This document shows, one piece after another, positions 35,973-44,658 of a stretch of DNA of 64,000 nt. This DNA comes from Ignavibacteriota bacterium (lineage in GTDB: Bacteria; Bacteroidota; Ignavibacteria; Palsa-1295), in NCBI GenBank assembly GCA_963776895.1, contig CAVZOL010000001.1:25321-89320 (forward strand), in the 5' to 3' direction. Under the pieces are notes generated by a model, which did not search any database, was not told the DNA's origin, and was given only the letters and a program-made list of their open reading frames with translations. The translations under genes and the position numbers were made by a program. Position 1 is the stretch's first letter; each line of letters begins with the position of its first letter.

Positions 35973-36588
35973 ATCGTGACGATAAATAAGTCCCCGGCCA
36001 ATCCTGCCACTGAGCCACCATCCCCGCTTTCACGGGATTCATAATAACATACCGAATAATTCGTTCCAGAGAACCGCGCCGCACGACATGGTCGTAGCTC
36101 TCATATTGCCAAAAATGTTGCCCAATGTGGCCGAGGAGTTTATTACAATTGCGGGCAGTTGCGCCCTTGAGCAGCCTCATGATTTCGAAGAGCTTGGCCT
36201 CACCCACGACATCTATGACAAGATGAATATGATTCGGCATGATACAAAAGGCATGAATGAATATAAGTCCTCGCGCTTCCAGCTCCATTAGTTTTTCGCG
36301 CACGATTCCGAGAATGGCGCGCCGCTGGAGATAATCGACCCCGCCATGAAGCATGTCAAGCGATTCATCGTAGGAATTAAAAAACTGACCCTCCCCTACA
36401 CTCCCACGAAGCGACTTCAACCTCGCGATCTCGATGGGAGAAAGTGAACCCGCAAGCCGCGTCGTCACAAAATATGGCGCGTCGTTCGGTAAATAATGCG
36501 GGAGCTTTCGACGGTAATCGTTGCTTCCGGGACGTTTTAACATTGTGCATAGAACAATTTCGACCAACTAAAGTTGGTCGCTACACCC
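35924..36588 (-). mobile_element. REPtron-like unit: RayT (REP-associated tyrosine transposase) gene flanked by inverted REP hairpins
   Basis: Left: GGGTGTAGCGCCCAACTTTAGTTGGGCGAAAT (35924-35955). Right, reverse complement: GGGTGTAGCGACCAACTTTAGTTGGTCGAAAT (36557-36588). Identity is 30/32, and each contains a 9-bp hairpin. Confidence 0.75.
35941..36567 (-). CDS. IS200/IS605-like Y1 transposase of the RayT (TnpA-REP) type
   Basis: 208 aa: KLPHYLPNDAPYFVTTRL, HAFCIMPNHIHLVIDV (HUH), WQYESYDHVV (catalytic Tyr region), IRYVIMNPVKAGMV. Confidence 0.8.
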   Translation of the reverse strand: MVEIVLCTMLKRPGSNDYRRKLPHYLPNDAPYFVTTRLAGSLSPIEIARLKSLRGSVGEGQFFNSYDESLDMLHGGVDYLQRRAILGIVREKLMELEARGLIFIHAFCIMPNHIHLVIDVVGEAKLFEIMRLLKGATARNCNKLLGHIGQHFWQYESYDHVVRRGSLERIIRYVIMNPVKAGMVAQWQDWPGTYLSSRYDAAKIISPN

Positions 36589-37753
36589 GCGCCGTTATCT
36601 CCAACATTCGCTCCAGCGCAACTCGCGCCCATTTTTTCTCAGAATCCGAAACGACGATCTGATTTTTCACCACGCAAATTTTCAAATTTTCTAAAATATC
36701 CAACAGCGATTCCGGTGAAATGCGGTACATCGTTGCGCACTCACAAGCATACGGCGCAAGCGTGGTAATAAACTGTTCTGGATGGTCTTTCTTCAGCCTA
36801 TTCACCAGATGATGCTCCGTTCCGATCGCCCATTTACTTCCCGGCGATGCTTCATCGACCGTCTTCATGATGTACGATGTGGAACCAACTTTATCTGCTT
36901 GCCGCACAACCTCGAAATTACACTCCGGATGCACCATTACTTGTATGCCGGGATACAGCGCGCGCATGATATTTGGATGCGATGGCTGAAAATGCTGATG
37001 CACGGAGCAATGTCCGCGCCACAGTAAAATTTTTGCACTCTTTAATTCATCCTCGGAAAGACCACCCCCCGGCCCCCTCCTATTCCGCTCCGCTGCATAG
37101 GAGGGGGAGTTCGTTTGGTCGTATAGTTTTATCTCTTCAAGGGGAATATTCATCTGATAGAACGCGGTATTGCGGCCAAGATGCTGATCGGGAAAGAAAA
37201 ATACTTTTTCAAATCCCTGATCGAACGCCCATTGAAAAATTGCGCGATTATTAGAGCTGGTAGATACTGCGCCGCCATGCTCACCGCAAAATGCTTTTAT
37301 TGCGGCACTTGAATTCATGTAGGTTATCGGGCACACTTTTTGGGTATCGATATACTCCCCTATTTCATCCCACGCATCTTGCACTTGCTCAAGACGTGCC
37401 ATATCGCTCATAGAACAGCCGGCTTTGAGATCGGGAAGGATTACTTTCTGGTGCGGCGCGCTCAACACATCGGCCGTTTCTGCCATGAAATGAACGCCGC
37501 AGAAAATGATAAATTCCCTATCGTGAAGTTCCGATGCAAAGCGTGAAAGTTCGAAGGAATCTCCCATCCGGTCGGCAAATTGGATAATATCGTCGCGCTG
37601 ATAGTGGTGGCCGAGGATGACGATCCGATCGCGCAGTTCTTCTTTCAGCGCGTGAATGCGGCGAACGACTTCTTCCGAAGTTGTTTCGGCCACGAGCGCA
37701 TCCTCGACCGTCCCGGTCTCAGAAATTACATCAAGTTCCAGAATATCAGACAT
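36581..37753 (-). CDS. nadA: Quinolinate synthase
   Basis: GHHYQRDDIIQFAD, FCGVHFMAETADVL, FFPDQHLGRNTA, WRGHCSVH, HPECNFEV. It carries the palindromic repeat insert at 37061..37111. Confidence 0.92.
   Translation of the reverse strand: MSDILELDVISETGTVEDALVAETTSEEVVRRIHALKEELRDRIVILGHHYQRDDIIQFADRMGDSFELSRFASELHDREFIIFCGVHFMAETADVLSAPHQKVILPDLKAGCSMSDMARLEQVQDAWDEIGEYIDTQKVCPITYMNSSAAIKAFCGEHGGAVSTSSNNRAIFQWAFDQGFEKVFFFPDQHLGRNTAFYQMNIPLEEIKLYDQTNSPSYAAERNRRGPGGGLSEDELKSAKILLWRGHCSVHQHFQPSHPNIMRALYPGIQVMVHPECNFEVVRQADKVGSTSYIMKTVDEASPGSKWAIGTEHHLVNRLKKDHPEQFITTLAPYACECATMYRISPESLLDILENLKICVVKNQIVVSDSEKKWARVALERMLEITARV
37061..37111. repeat. Palindromic repeat family copy 2 (inside nadA, in-frame, exactly 17 codons)
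   Basis: ACCACCCCCCGG-CCCCCTCCTAT-TCCGCTCCGCTGC-ATAGGAGGGGG-AGTT. Translated on the minus strand as NSPSYAAERNRRGPGGG. Confidence 0.85.
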
Positions 37754-38780
37754 GAAATGGTAGTTGAACGAGCGTTGCAGATAATTTATTTCCAGCGCTA
37801 TCCTTTACGGAAACAACTGCGCCGGGATTCGCATACTTCGCGCGGATATAACCTAATCCGATATTGCCATGCTCTGGAGAATTTGCGATGCTGGTTATAT
37901 CGCCGATTTCATCTCCAAGCGGTGTTTCGGCCAACGATTCCACAGATATTCGATCTCCGATGTTCGGAGTTCCATCCGGGAATTTCAATCCGACCAATTG
38001 CCGCTGCACTTTATTCTGCGCGTCGAGCCGCGCGACCACTTCCTGACCGATGTAGCATCCTTTCGTAAAACTCACCGCTTCGGAAGCAAGCGGGAGTTCC
38101 AATGGATTGTGCTTATCGTTTATTTCATTCGGTGCGATAGGAGTTCCATTCTCGATGCGTAATATCTCAAAAAGCTCAGAATCAAAAATGGCTCCATCAT
38201 GATCCCAAATATCCAATTCGAGTTTGCTCCAAACTTTTGAAGCGGCCTCGGATGCTGTAAGAACAAACCACGCATTTCCTGCAAGACTTGGAGCTTTTAC
38301 CAACGTGGCAGCCATGGAATCTATCTGCAGATCAAAAACGCTCGATCGATCTGCTCCCGTTAAATCTTGACTTGCATATTTACTAACGATTGCCGTTGCA
38401 TTCGGACCGCAAATTAGAAATTGAGCGATCTTCTCGGTTGCCGGTTCAAAGTGCGCGTCCTCCATGATCGTGAATTTATCGAGCCAGCGAATAACGGTTT
38501 CTTCCAAACCTTTGCTCGTAATTAACAAAACCTTCCCATCACTATCTCGAACCACTTTCAGCACATCGATGAACCGGCCTTTTTCATTGGTGAGAACCGT
38601 CAGCGAGGCTTGCGGTTTAGCCTCTTCGAGCGGCTTCATATCGTTGGTGGACATACGGTGCAGCAGATCAATGGCATCCTTTCCCTTAGCAAAAAGGCGG
38701 CCATACGTGCTCGTCGCATCGAAAAGCCCCGCATTCTTTTGCACTCGAAAATAACTATCATTTGCATCCAGCATAACCAT
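37746..38780 (-). CDS. ygfZ: Folate-binding YgfZ/GcvT-fold protein
   Basis: 344 aa with the KGCYIGQEVVARL motif typical of the YgfZ/aminomethyltransferase fold. Overlaps the nadA start by 8 nt. Confidence 0.7.
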   Translation of the reverse strand: MVMLDANDSYFRVQKNAGLFDATSTYGRLFAKGKDAIDLLHRMSTNDMKPLEEAKPQASLTVLTNEKGRFIDVLKVVRDSDGKVLLITSKGLEETVIRWLDKFTIMEDAHFEPATEKIAQFLICGPNATAIVSKYASQDLTGADRSSVFDLQIDSMAATLVKAPSLAGNAWFVLTASEAASKVWSKLELDIWDHDGAIFDSELFEILRIENGTPIAPNEINDKHNPLELPLASEAVSFTKGCYIGQEVVARLDAQNKVQRQLVGLKFPDGTPNIGDRISVESLAETPLGDEIGDITSIANSPEHGNIGLGYIRAKYANPGAVVSVKDSAGNKLSATLVQLPFHV

Positions 38781-38901
38781 ACAACATTGCCCCGTTCCCT
38801 AATATCTCAAAGGATTTTTATGATAGGCACGAGGTTTGTGGGATACTCTAAGTAGTTAGATAGTGTACCAGAAATTTTCATTTACATTAATGCACATTAA
38901 T

Positions 38902-39207
38902 ATGAATAAGACAATCAGAAAATGGTCGAAACAGGTCATGAAGCGCTCGAGGGCGCTTGACCTTCGCAAAAACGTGTTCAACCTCAGAAGCGCGAAACGG
39001 ATCGCGAGATCGCTCAAACGTTCTGCCGAACGCAGTATGCGACGCCACGTCCCGGCATTCCGGTCTGCCATGTCGATGCTCAATTTCTATATTAACAGAG
39101 CCGGCAAAAACCTGACGGCCAATCGAAAAGTAGTACTCGAACGCGCCAAGGTGGAACTAAGAGTTCTCTATCGCAAGCCGCGAATGGGAATGAGAGCGAT
39201 GCATTAA
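38902..39207 (+). CDS. DUF3175-like protein
   Basis: From MNKTIRKWSKQV. ALDLRKNVF, SLKRSAERS and SAMSMLNFYINRAGKNL resemble DUF3175 (from memory). Confidence 0.5.
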   Translation: MNKTIRKWSKQVMKRSRALDLRKNVFNLRSAKRIARSLKRSAERSMRRHVPAFRSAMSMLNFYINRAGKNLTANRKVVLERAKVELRVLYRKPRMGMRAMH

Positions 39208-39309
39208 TACAAAGCGCCCCTCTCACTCCGAATTAGGGATGATAATGAATAACGCCGGGATAAAATTTTCATCCTGGCGCTAACTTCGGCAATTATTCGT
39301 TCTTCGGGA

Positions 39310-40137
39310 ATGAAGATCGTCGATCTTACTCTTGATTATTCAAAATTTCTTGCCGGAGAAACCAGCTTCGAGAAATATCGCGCCGAGAATGCTGCGATAT
39401 TCGATCATTACCTGAAATTTTGGTCAGGTGGCGATAACGTTGTCCCAACTCTGTCTATCGATGAAATAGAAATCCGCCGAGCGCTTCTTCTCGATCATTT
39501 AGCTGCGGCAGAGATACTGCTTCGTGAGCATGGTTTTTCAACCGATGATGTAAATGTTGTTCTCTTTGTGGGAAATAATTCTGCAAACGGCCACGCATTT
39601 CTCGACACTGGCAAACCCGTAGCATGGTTTGCGATCGAATGTTTCAAGAGCGATCTTGATGCAAAAGTATTTACGATGCATGAACTCATTCATGCATTGC
39701 ATTATGCGGCTTTTCCAGGGTTTGCATTCAATGATGTAAGAGAACAGCGAAACGTCGCGCGGCAATTGATAACCGAAGGAATTGCAACGTATCTCACAAA
39801 ACACCTTTTGAATGTAACAGACGAAATCGCACTGTGGGCGGATAAACTTCCTAATTCTCAAATCCATTCTTGGATGATACGTTGCCAACATTGCGAGAGA
39901 GAACTATTCCTATTTATTGCAACACATTTCGATTCTTCCGATCCATCCATCCAAATATTCTATGCTGCAAATCCTGAAGATATTCATTCCTACCGCGCAG
40001 GATATTATGTCGGGTTGAAATTGATTGAATCAATAGCTGCTAAAAATGATTTTAGTGCCAGAGACTTGCTAAATCTTCCGATGCAAGAGATGAAGCAGTT
40101 CGTTTGGAATGAACTTCAATCGTTCATCTCAAATTGA
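39310..40137 (+). CDS. Putative Zn-dependent protease (HExxH; DUF2268-like)
   Basis: 275 aa with a single HELIH motif (FTMHELIHALHY). The family assignment is from memory only. Confidence 0.45.
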   Translation: MKIVDLTLDYSKFLAGETSFEKYRAENAAIFDHYLKFWSGGDNVVPTLSIDEIEIRRALLLDHLAAAEILLREHGFSTDDVNVVLFVGNNSANGHAFLDTGKPVAWFAIECFKSDLDAKVFTMHELIHALHYAAFPGFAFNDVREQRNVARQLITEGIATYLTKHLLNVTDEIALWADKLPNSQIHSWMIRCQHCERELFLFIATHFDSSDPSIQIFYAANPEDIHSYRAGYYVGLKLIESIAAKNDFSARDLLNLPMQEMKQFVWNELQSFISN

Positions 40138-40178
40138 CAATTTCCCAGCAAGCGCTCCCAAATTTCGTATTTTAGTCT

Positions 40179-41207
40179 ATGCTGAATTACATCTGGCTTG
40201 GCCTGATCGCCATCGCTATCGTCGTAGCCGTTGGGCGCGACGTGAGTGAAGAAACGAGCGACCGCTTCCGAAATAACGAGCCGATCGCGCTCCACGTTGC
40301 GCCCGGCGCGATGAAAATAGCGGGACCAAATCACTTTACCGGCACAGCTTTTCTCACCAAAGCAGAAATTGCGCGTTTCTACGGCGCGGATGAAGCGCAG
40401 CCGATCAAAGGCGATACGGTATTTTTTTCTGCCGATCTCGTCGAGTCACCAACGAATGCGAAATCAGGCGCGCTTACACTCACACTTCCAGCCAATGCGC
40501 CGCAAGTGATGGTCGATGCCGCTACTGCTGGCGGCGATGCATCAAAAATTATCGGGCAAACTACCATTTCTCTGAATCTTCAAAACACCACCGTCCAGCC
40601 CCCTGCTCTTATAGAGGAGGGGGAGTTAGACTTTACCCCACCATCCGTTCACTTTCGTATTCTCGCAAAAGTTGGGAACGATGGGATTTTGAAGATTGCA
40701 GATACCGCTGTTCAACTTGCCATCGGCCTCATCGGCATTATGGCGCTGTGGCTGGGAGTTATGAAGATCGCGGAGGCAGCGGGACTTGTGCTGCTACTGG
40801 CGAGAATTGTCAGACCGATCATGGTGCGCGTGTTTCCAGACGTCCCGCCCGACCACCCCGCTATGGGAGCGATGGTAATGAATATGGCGGCGAATTTCCT
40901 CGGCCTTTCTAACGCCGCCACGCCGCTTGGACTCAAAGCAATGGAGGAATTAAACAAGCTGAATCCTGTCGCGGGAACTGCTACGAACGCGATGTGCATG
41001 TTCCTCACGATCAATACGACGGCGCTTACGCTTGTGCCCGCGACCGTTATTGCGATTCGGCTTACGCTTGGCTCAACCAATCCAACGGATATTATCATGC
41101 CAACGTTTTTGGCAACGTTTGTGAGTCTTATTCTTGGCATTTTATTTACGCGATTCATTCAGAGATTTTTTCCTATTCAAAGGACAGAAGGGACGCAAGG
41201 GACTTAA
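40179..41207 (+). CDS. Nucleoside-recognition (Gate) domain membrane protein, SpmA-like
   Basis: 342 aa. The hydrophobic C-terminal half resembles the SpmA family, and it pairs with a downstream SpmB-like gene. It contains the palindromic repeat insert at 40587..40627. Confidence 0.6.
   Translation: MLNYIWLGLIAIAIVVAVGRDVSEETSDRFRNNEPIALHVAPGAMKIAGPNHFTGTAFLTKAEIARFYGADEAQPIKGDTVFFSADLVESPTNAKSGALTLTLPANAPQVMVDAATAGGDASKIIGQTTISLNLQNTTVQPPALIEEGELDFTPPSVHFRILAKVGNDGILKIADTAVQLAIGLIGIMALWLGVMKIAEAAGLVLLLARIVRPIMVRVFPDVPPDHPAMGAMVMNMAANFLGLSNAATPLGLKAMEELNKLNPVAGTATNAMCMFLTINTTALTLVPATVIAIRLTLGSTNPTDIIMPTFLATFVSLILGILFTRFIQRFFPIQRTEGTQGT
40587..40627. repeat. Palindromic repeat family copy 3 (inside SpmA-like gene, read on the + strand)
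   Basis: ACCACCGTCCAG-CCCCTGCTC-TTATA-GAGGAGGGG-GAGTT, translated as TTVQPPALIEEGEL. A shorter variant with one stem mismatch. Confidence 0.7.
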
Positions 41208-41753
41208 ATGGATAGCACCTTTATTGTCATAGTAAAAATTCTTTCTAGCGCGGCCATTCCGATGATCGTGTTTACGGTCGTTGCGGTTGCAGCGATTCGC
41301 AAAGTGAAAGTGTATGAGGAATTTGTTGAAGGCGCGAAGGATGGATTTACGACGGCAGTGCGCATCATCCCCTATCTTGTGGCTATGTTGGTTGCGATCG
41401 GGATGTTCCGAGCATCCGGCGCGATGGATCTCCTTACGAAAGCCATCAGCCCATTCACGGATGCTATTGGGTTCCCAAGCGAACTGATGCCGCTTGCCAT
41501 TATCCGCAATCTTTCGGGTTCCGGCTCGCTCGGCCTTATGACAGACATCATGAAAACCCACGGCCCCGATAGTTTCATGGGAAGGCTTTCCGGCGCGATG
41601 ATGGGAAGCCATGAAACCACATTTTACGTGCTCGCCGTGTATTTTGGTTCGGTAAATATCAAGCGAACGCGTCATGCAGCACTGGGTGGGATCTTCTCTG
41701 ATGTCGTTGCACTTATTATGAGTGTGATTCTGGTGAAATGGCTATTTCCATGA
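41208..41753 (+). CDS. Nucleoside-recognition domain membrane protein, SpmB-like
   Basis: 181 aa. It starts 1 nt after the previous stop and is hydrophobic throughout. Confidence 0.6.
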   Translation: MDSTFIVIVKILSSAAIPMIVFTVVAVAAIRKVKVYEEFVEGAKDGFTTAVRIIPYLVAMLVAIGMFRASGAMDLLTKAISPFTDAIGFPSELMPLAIIRNLSGSGSLGLMTDIMKTHGPDSFMGRLSGAMMGSHETTFYVLAVYFGSVNIKRTRHAALGGIFSDVVALIMSVILVKWLFP

Positions 41754-41815
41754 TAACGGATAGTGGAAAAGTGGATAGTGGATAGTAAAGGAAGTTCTGA
41801 GTAAGTGCCAATACT

Positions 41816-41908
41816 GGATTCCCGCTTTCGCGGGAATGACAGAAACGTGTCGTTTTGCGCTTCGCGCAGTGATTCCAAACCTTGTCATCCCCGCGAAGGC
41901 GGGGATCC
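41816..41908. repeat. MITE-like element with terminal inverted hairpins (GGATTCCCGC..GCGGGAATGAC / GTCATCCCCGC..GCGGGGATCC)
   Basis: Read directly. The 93-bp element lies between the convergent SpmB-like and cytochrome c genes. It generates the spurious ORFs 41672..41878, 41716..41910 and 41836..42024. Confidence 0.8.
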
Positions 41909-41911
41909 ACA

Positions 41912-42775
41912 TCACTTCCCTAATTGCTGCTGGATATACGCCAGCACATCCGCGATCTGCTGATCGGAAAGAATATCGCTGGTATAAAATGGCATCGCGC
42001 CGGAGCCACAGCGAACCGACTTAGCAGCAGCTCGAACATCGTCCATTTCCTTTGCCATCGCAGGACCCACTTTTTTCTCATTCAACTCGTGACAATACTG
42101 GCAAGAGTTAGTGAACACCGACTTGCCCGCCGCAGGATCGCCCGGCAGCATCATGATCTTTTTCGCGGCAGCGGTTGCTGCTTTATCATCTATGTTATCT
42201 TCCTCGTGCAATGCAGGCTTTGTGACCCAAGCAATGTTTAAATTGCTCGTTATCGCTCCGGAATTATTTTTAATGGCGTCGAAATAAGCATTCAGCGCAT
42301 CGATGTCAGCTTTCGGCATAACGGTTGCAACATCATCACCTTTGTGCTGATACATTACTGCGCACATCGTTGCACCATAGGCATTTTTTGCAAGTGCATC
42401 GCCTTTGAATGCGCCGTTCCATGTGCTTGCGCGGCTTGTGATACCAACAAGAGTCTTCCCGGCGCGGATACGGGTATCCTTCGTAGCGGGCTCACCGTCG
42501 GTGTGGCAGGAGGCGCAGGCATCTTTGATCGGGCCATAGCTTGTATTGTAGAAGATTTTCTGTCCTGCAAGCGCAGGGCCGGAAATCACGTTGGATGGCG
42601 GCGTTGATGCTGGTTTAGCTGTAGCAACAACAGCACTTTTTGAAGTTGAATCCGCATTAGCAGGAGCAGCCTGTTCATCTTTGCTGCAACCGGAATACAG
42701 CGCAAGCACAATCGCGCAAGCTGCGATCATGAGCATCGCAACACTGCGGTTATGAGGAATTTTATTTTTTCTCAT
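41912..42775 (-). CDS. Dihaem c-type cytochrome lipoprotein
   Basis: Two CxxCH motifs (CASCH, CQYCH). Lipobox LALYSGC. Confidence 0.8.
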   Translation of the reverse strand: MRKNKIPHNRSVAMLMIAACAIVLALYSGCSKDEQAAPANADSTSKSAVVATAKPASTPPSNVISGPALAGQKIFYNTSYGPIKDACASCHTDGEPATKDTRIRAGKTLVGITSRASTWNGAFKGDALAKNAYGATMCAVMYQHKGDDVATVMPKADIDALNAYFDAIKNNSGAITSNLNIAWVTKPALHEEDNIDDKAATAAAKKIMMLPGDPAAGKSVFTNSCQYCHELNEKKVGPAMAKEMDDVRAAAKSVRCGSGAMPFYTSDILSDQQIADVLAYIQQQLGK

Positions 42776-42818
42776 TATCTAATTTCGGGGAATTGAAAGA
42801 AAATTATTGATGATCCAC

Positions 42819-43274
42819 TCAAAGAGTATCTAAACTTCGGCGGGATTGAAAACCACCTTCTACGGTGTGCCATGCAACAATGGCCGGCTCGCCGAGCAGG
42901 TAACAGAGGAACACGATCTTGCCATTGGCGCGGCGATGCGGGAAGTCGATAAGTCCCTTATCAAGATCTTTGATTTCGATGCCCATTTCGCTCAATTCCT
43001 CCGCTATTGCCGCGAGCAGCTCCATCTCGGGAGGGAATGCTTTTTGGCCGTTCGGTCCCATGCCACCAAAATACTGATGACGGTGAACGTCATACCCTTT
43101 GCGGTCGCATTCTTGCTTGAGCCTGACCATTTCTGCAAGTTTCTGCTGCACATCCGGCACAGCGGCCTGGGCTTCTTCGAGTGTAAAAAGATGCTTGAAT
43201 TGCACGTAGCTGTTATAAAGTAAATAAATTCGCCGATAGAAACGATGATGAGGGGGGTAATTAATCCCGTTCAT
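42819..43274 (-). CDS. DUF2203-like protein
   Basis: FTLEEAQAAVPDVQQKLAEMVRLKQE... resembles DUF2203 (from memory). The start codon is uncertain. Confidence 0.45.
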   Translation of the reverse strand: MNGINYPPHHRFYRRIYLLYNSYVQFKHLFTLEEAQAAVPDVQQKLAEMVRLKQECDRKGYDVHRHQYFGGMGPNGQKAFPPEMELLAAIAEELSEMGIEIKDLDKGLIDFPHRRANGKIVFLCYLLGEPAIVAWHTVEGGFQSRRSLDTL

Positions 43275-43402
43275 GATTTTCTCTGTTACAATGCCCTGAA
43301 ACTCGCGTTATACAAGAGAAGGAAGATTTATAGCCGAATCTTGTAATTTTGATACATCCTTCAGAGTCTTTATTTCATGAAGAGGCACTTATTACTAATA
43401 CC

Positions 43403-44095
43403 ATGAAAAGCGTTAATATTTTGACCCGATTTCGTTCAATACTTAGCATCGCTGCCCTGAGCATTGCTGCCCTGCTCTTTCTCAGAGTGGGAACTGTAGC
43501 ATCACAGAGCTTCAATGTACCCGGCGGCGGAGAAAAACTGGTTACGATCAATGACAAGGTAAACCAAAATCAATTCATTTGGGTGAGCGAGGCACCACTG
43601 GAAAATACCAGAGGATCGAGCGAAGGCGTAGCCGGAACCCTCACGATGGATACGCGCGATCTTACAAAGATCCGTGGCACGGTCACCACGCAAGTTTCCA
43701 CGATGAAGTCCGGCAATGATACTCGCGATCATCATCTGAAAAGCGCGGAATGGCTGGATGCTTCGCATTTCCCTCTTATTTCCTTTAAGATCACCTCTGT
43801 TGCTAACATATCGGTGAATGGGAATACAGCAACCGGGACTGCGACCGGCAACTTCACGATGCATGGCGTAACGAAACAAATGTCCATCCCCTTTACGATG
43901 AAATACATTCCCGAAAGCGCAAAAACACGCGAGCGAGCGCCCGGTGACCTCGTAATGATCTCCGCTGATTTCAATGTCTCGCTCAAAGATTATAAAGTTA
44001 CCGGCCAGGAAGGTACGATCGGCAGCAAAGTGGGCGAGACGATAAAGATCACGGCGCAGCTTTTCGGGAATGCGTTACCGAAAACAGCTCAATAA
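43403..44095 (+). CDS. YceI-like periplasmic polyisoprenoid-binding protein
   Basis: Signal peptide from MKSVNILTRF... KSGNDTRDHHLKSAEWLDASHFPLISFK is typical of YceI. Confidence 0.75.
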   Translation: MKSVNILTRFRSILSIAALSIAALLFLRVGTVASQSFNVPGGGEKLVTINDKVNQNQFIWVSEAPLENTRGSSEGVAGTLTMDTRDLTKIRGTVTTQVSTMKSGNDTRDHHLKSAEWLDASHFPLISFKITSVANISVNGNTATGTATGNFTMHGVTKQMSIPFTMKYIPESAKTRERAPGDLVMISADFNVSLKDYKVTGQEGTIGSKVGETIKITAQLFGNALPKTAQ

Positions 44096-44132
44096 CCATC
44101 GAATGGTTAAAAATTCATTTATTAAAAGAGCT

Positions 44133-44297
44133 TGTCATCCTGAGCGGAGTTCTTCTCGACGCGCATCGCCCACGATGCTTGGAGAGAAGAACGGAGTCGA
44201 AGGATCTCGTGAAGTATGGCTGTCAGTTAAGCCGCATGAGATTCTTCGACTACGCAAAACTCCGCTGTCGCTCCGTTTTGCTCCGCTCAGAATGACA
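44133..44297. repeat. MITE-like element, family with TGTCATCCTGAGCGG...CCGCTCAGAATGACA termini (copy A)
   Basis: 165 bp; terminal inverted repeats match 14/15; nested internal hairpins. A related 125-bp copy lies at 58845..58969. Confidence 0.85.
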
Positions 44298-44304
44298 TGT
44301 TATT

Positions 44305-44658
44305 ATGAATACTAAACAAATCATCTCCATTGTTCTCTTCGCCATTGCTGCGGCATTGTTGATATGGTGGTTCGCCAGCGGCCACCATCCCTGGACAACG
44401 ACACAAACCATGGTAGAAGTAAAAACAACGGACGAACTCTTCGGCACCACGGTAACGACTCAGAAATGGGTAGATGATTTCACTCCCGGATTGCTTCCCT
44501 TTTCTGATATGAGCACTGGCAGCCAGGCTTCTGGCGCGCCAAACATCCTCTATAGCATTGTTGGATTTCTTGGTATCGGCCCCATGGCGTTCCTGTTCAT
44601 TGTGGCGGGATGTTGGCCGTGGTTCCTTGCATGGAGGCGTGCAAGACGAGGCGTTTAG
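44305..44658 (+). CDS. Hypothetical two-TM membrane protein
   Basis: 117 aa with N- and C-terminal hydrophobic segments. No motif recognised. Confidence 0.4.
   Translation: MNTKQIISIVLFAIAAALLIWWFASGHHPWTTTQTMVEVKTTDELFGTTVTTQKWVDDFTPGLLPFSDMSTGSQASGAPNILYSIVGFLGIGPMAFLFIVAGCWPWFLAWRRARRGV

Noticed and set aside
41672-42024. Track ORFs 41672..41878, 41716..41910 and 41836..42024 (SFPRKRESS / DPRLRGDDK / IPAKAGIH peptides)
   Set aside because: They are translations of the inverted-repeat element at 41816..41908. The same applies to 44070..44315, 44250..44450 and 58753..58980 over the other MITE copies.
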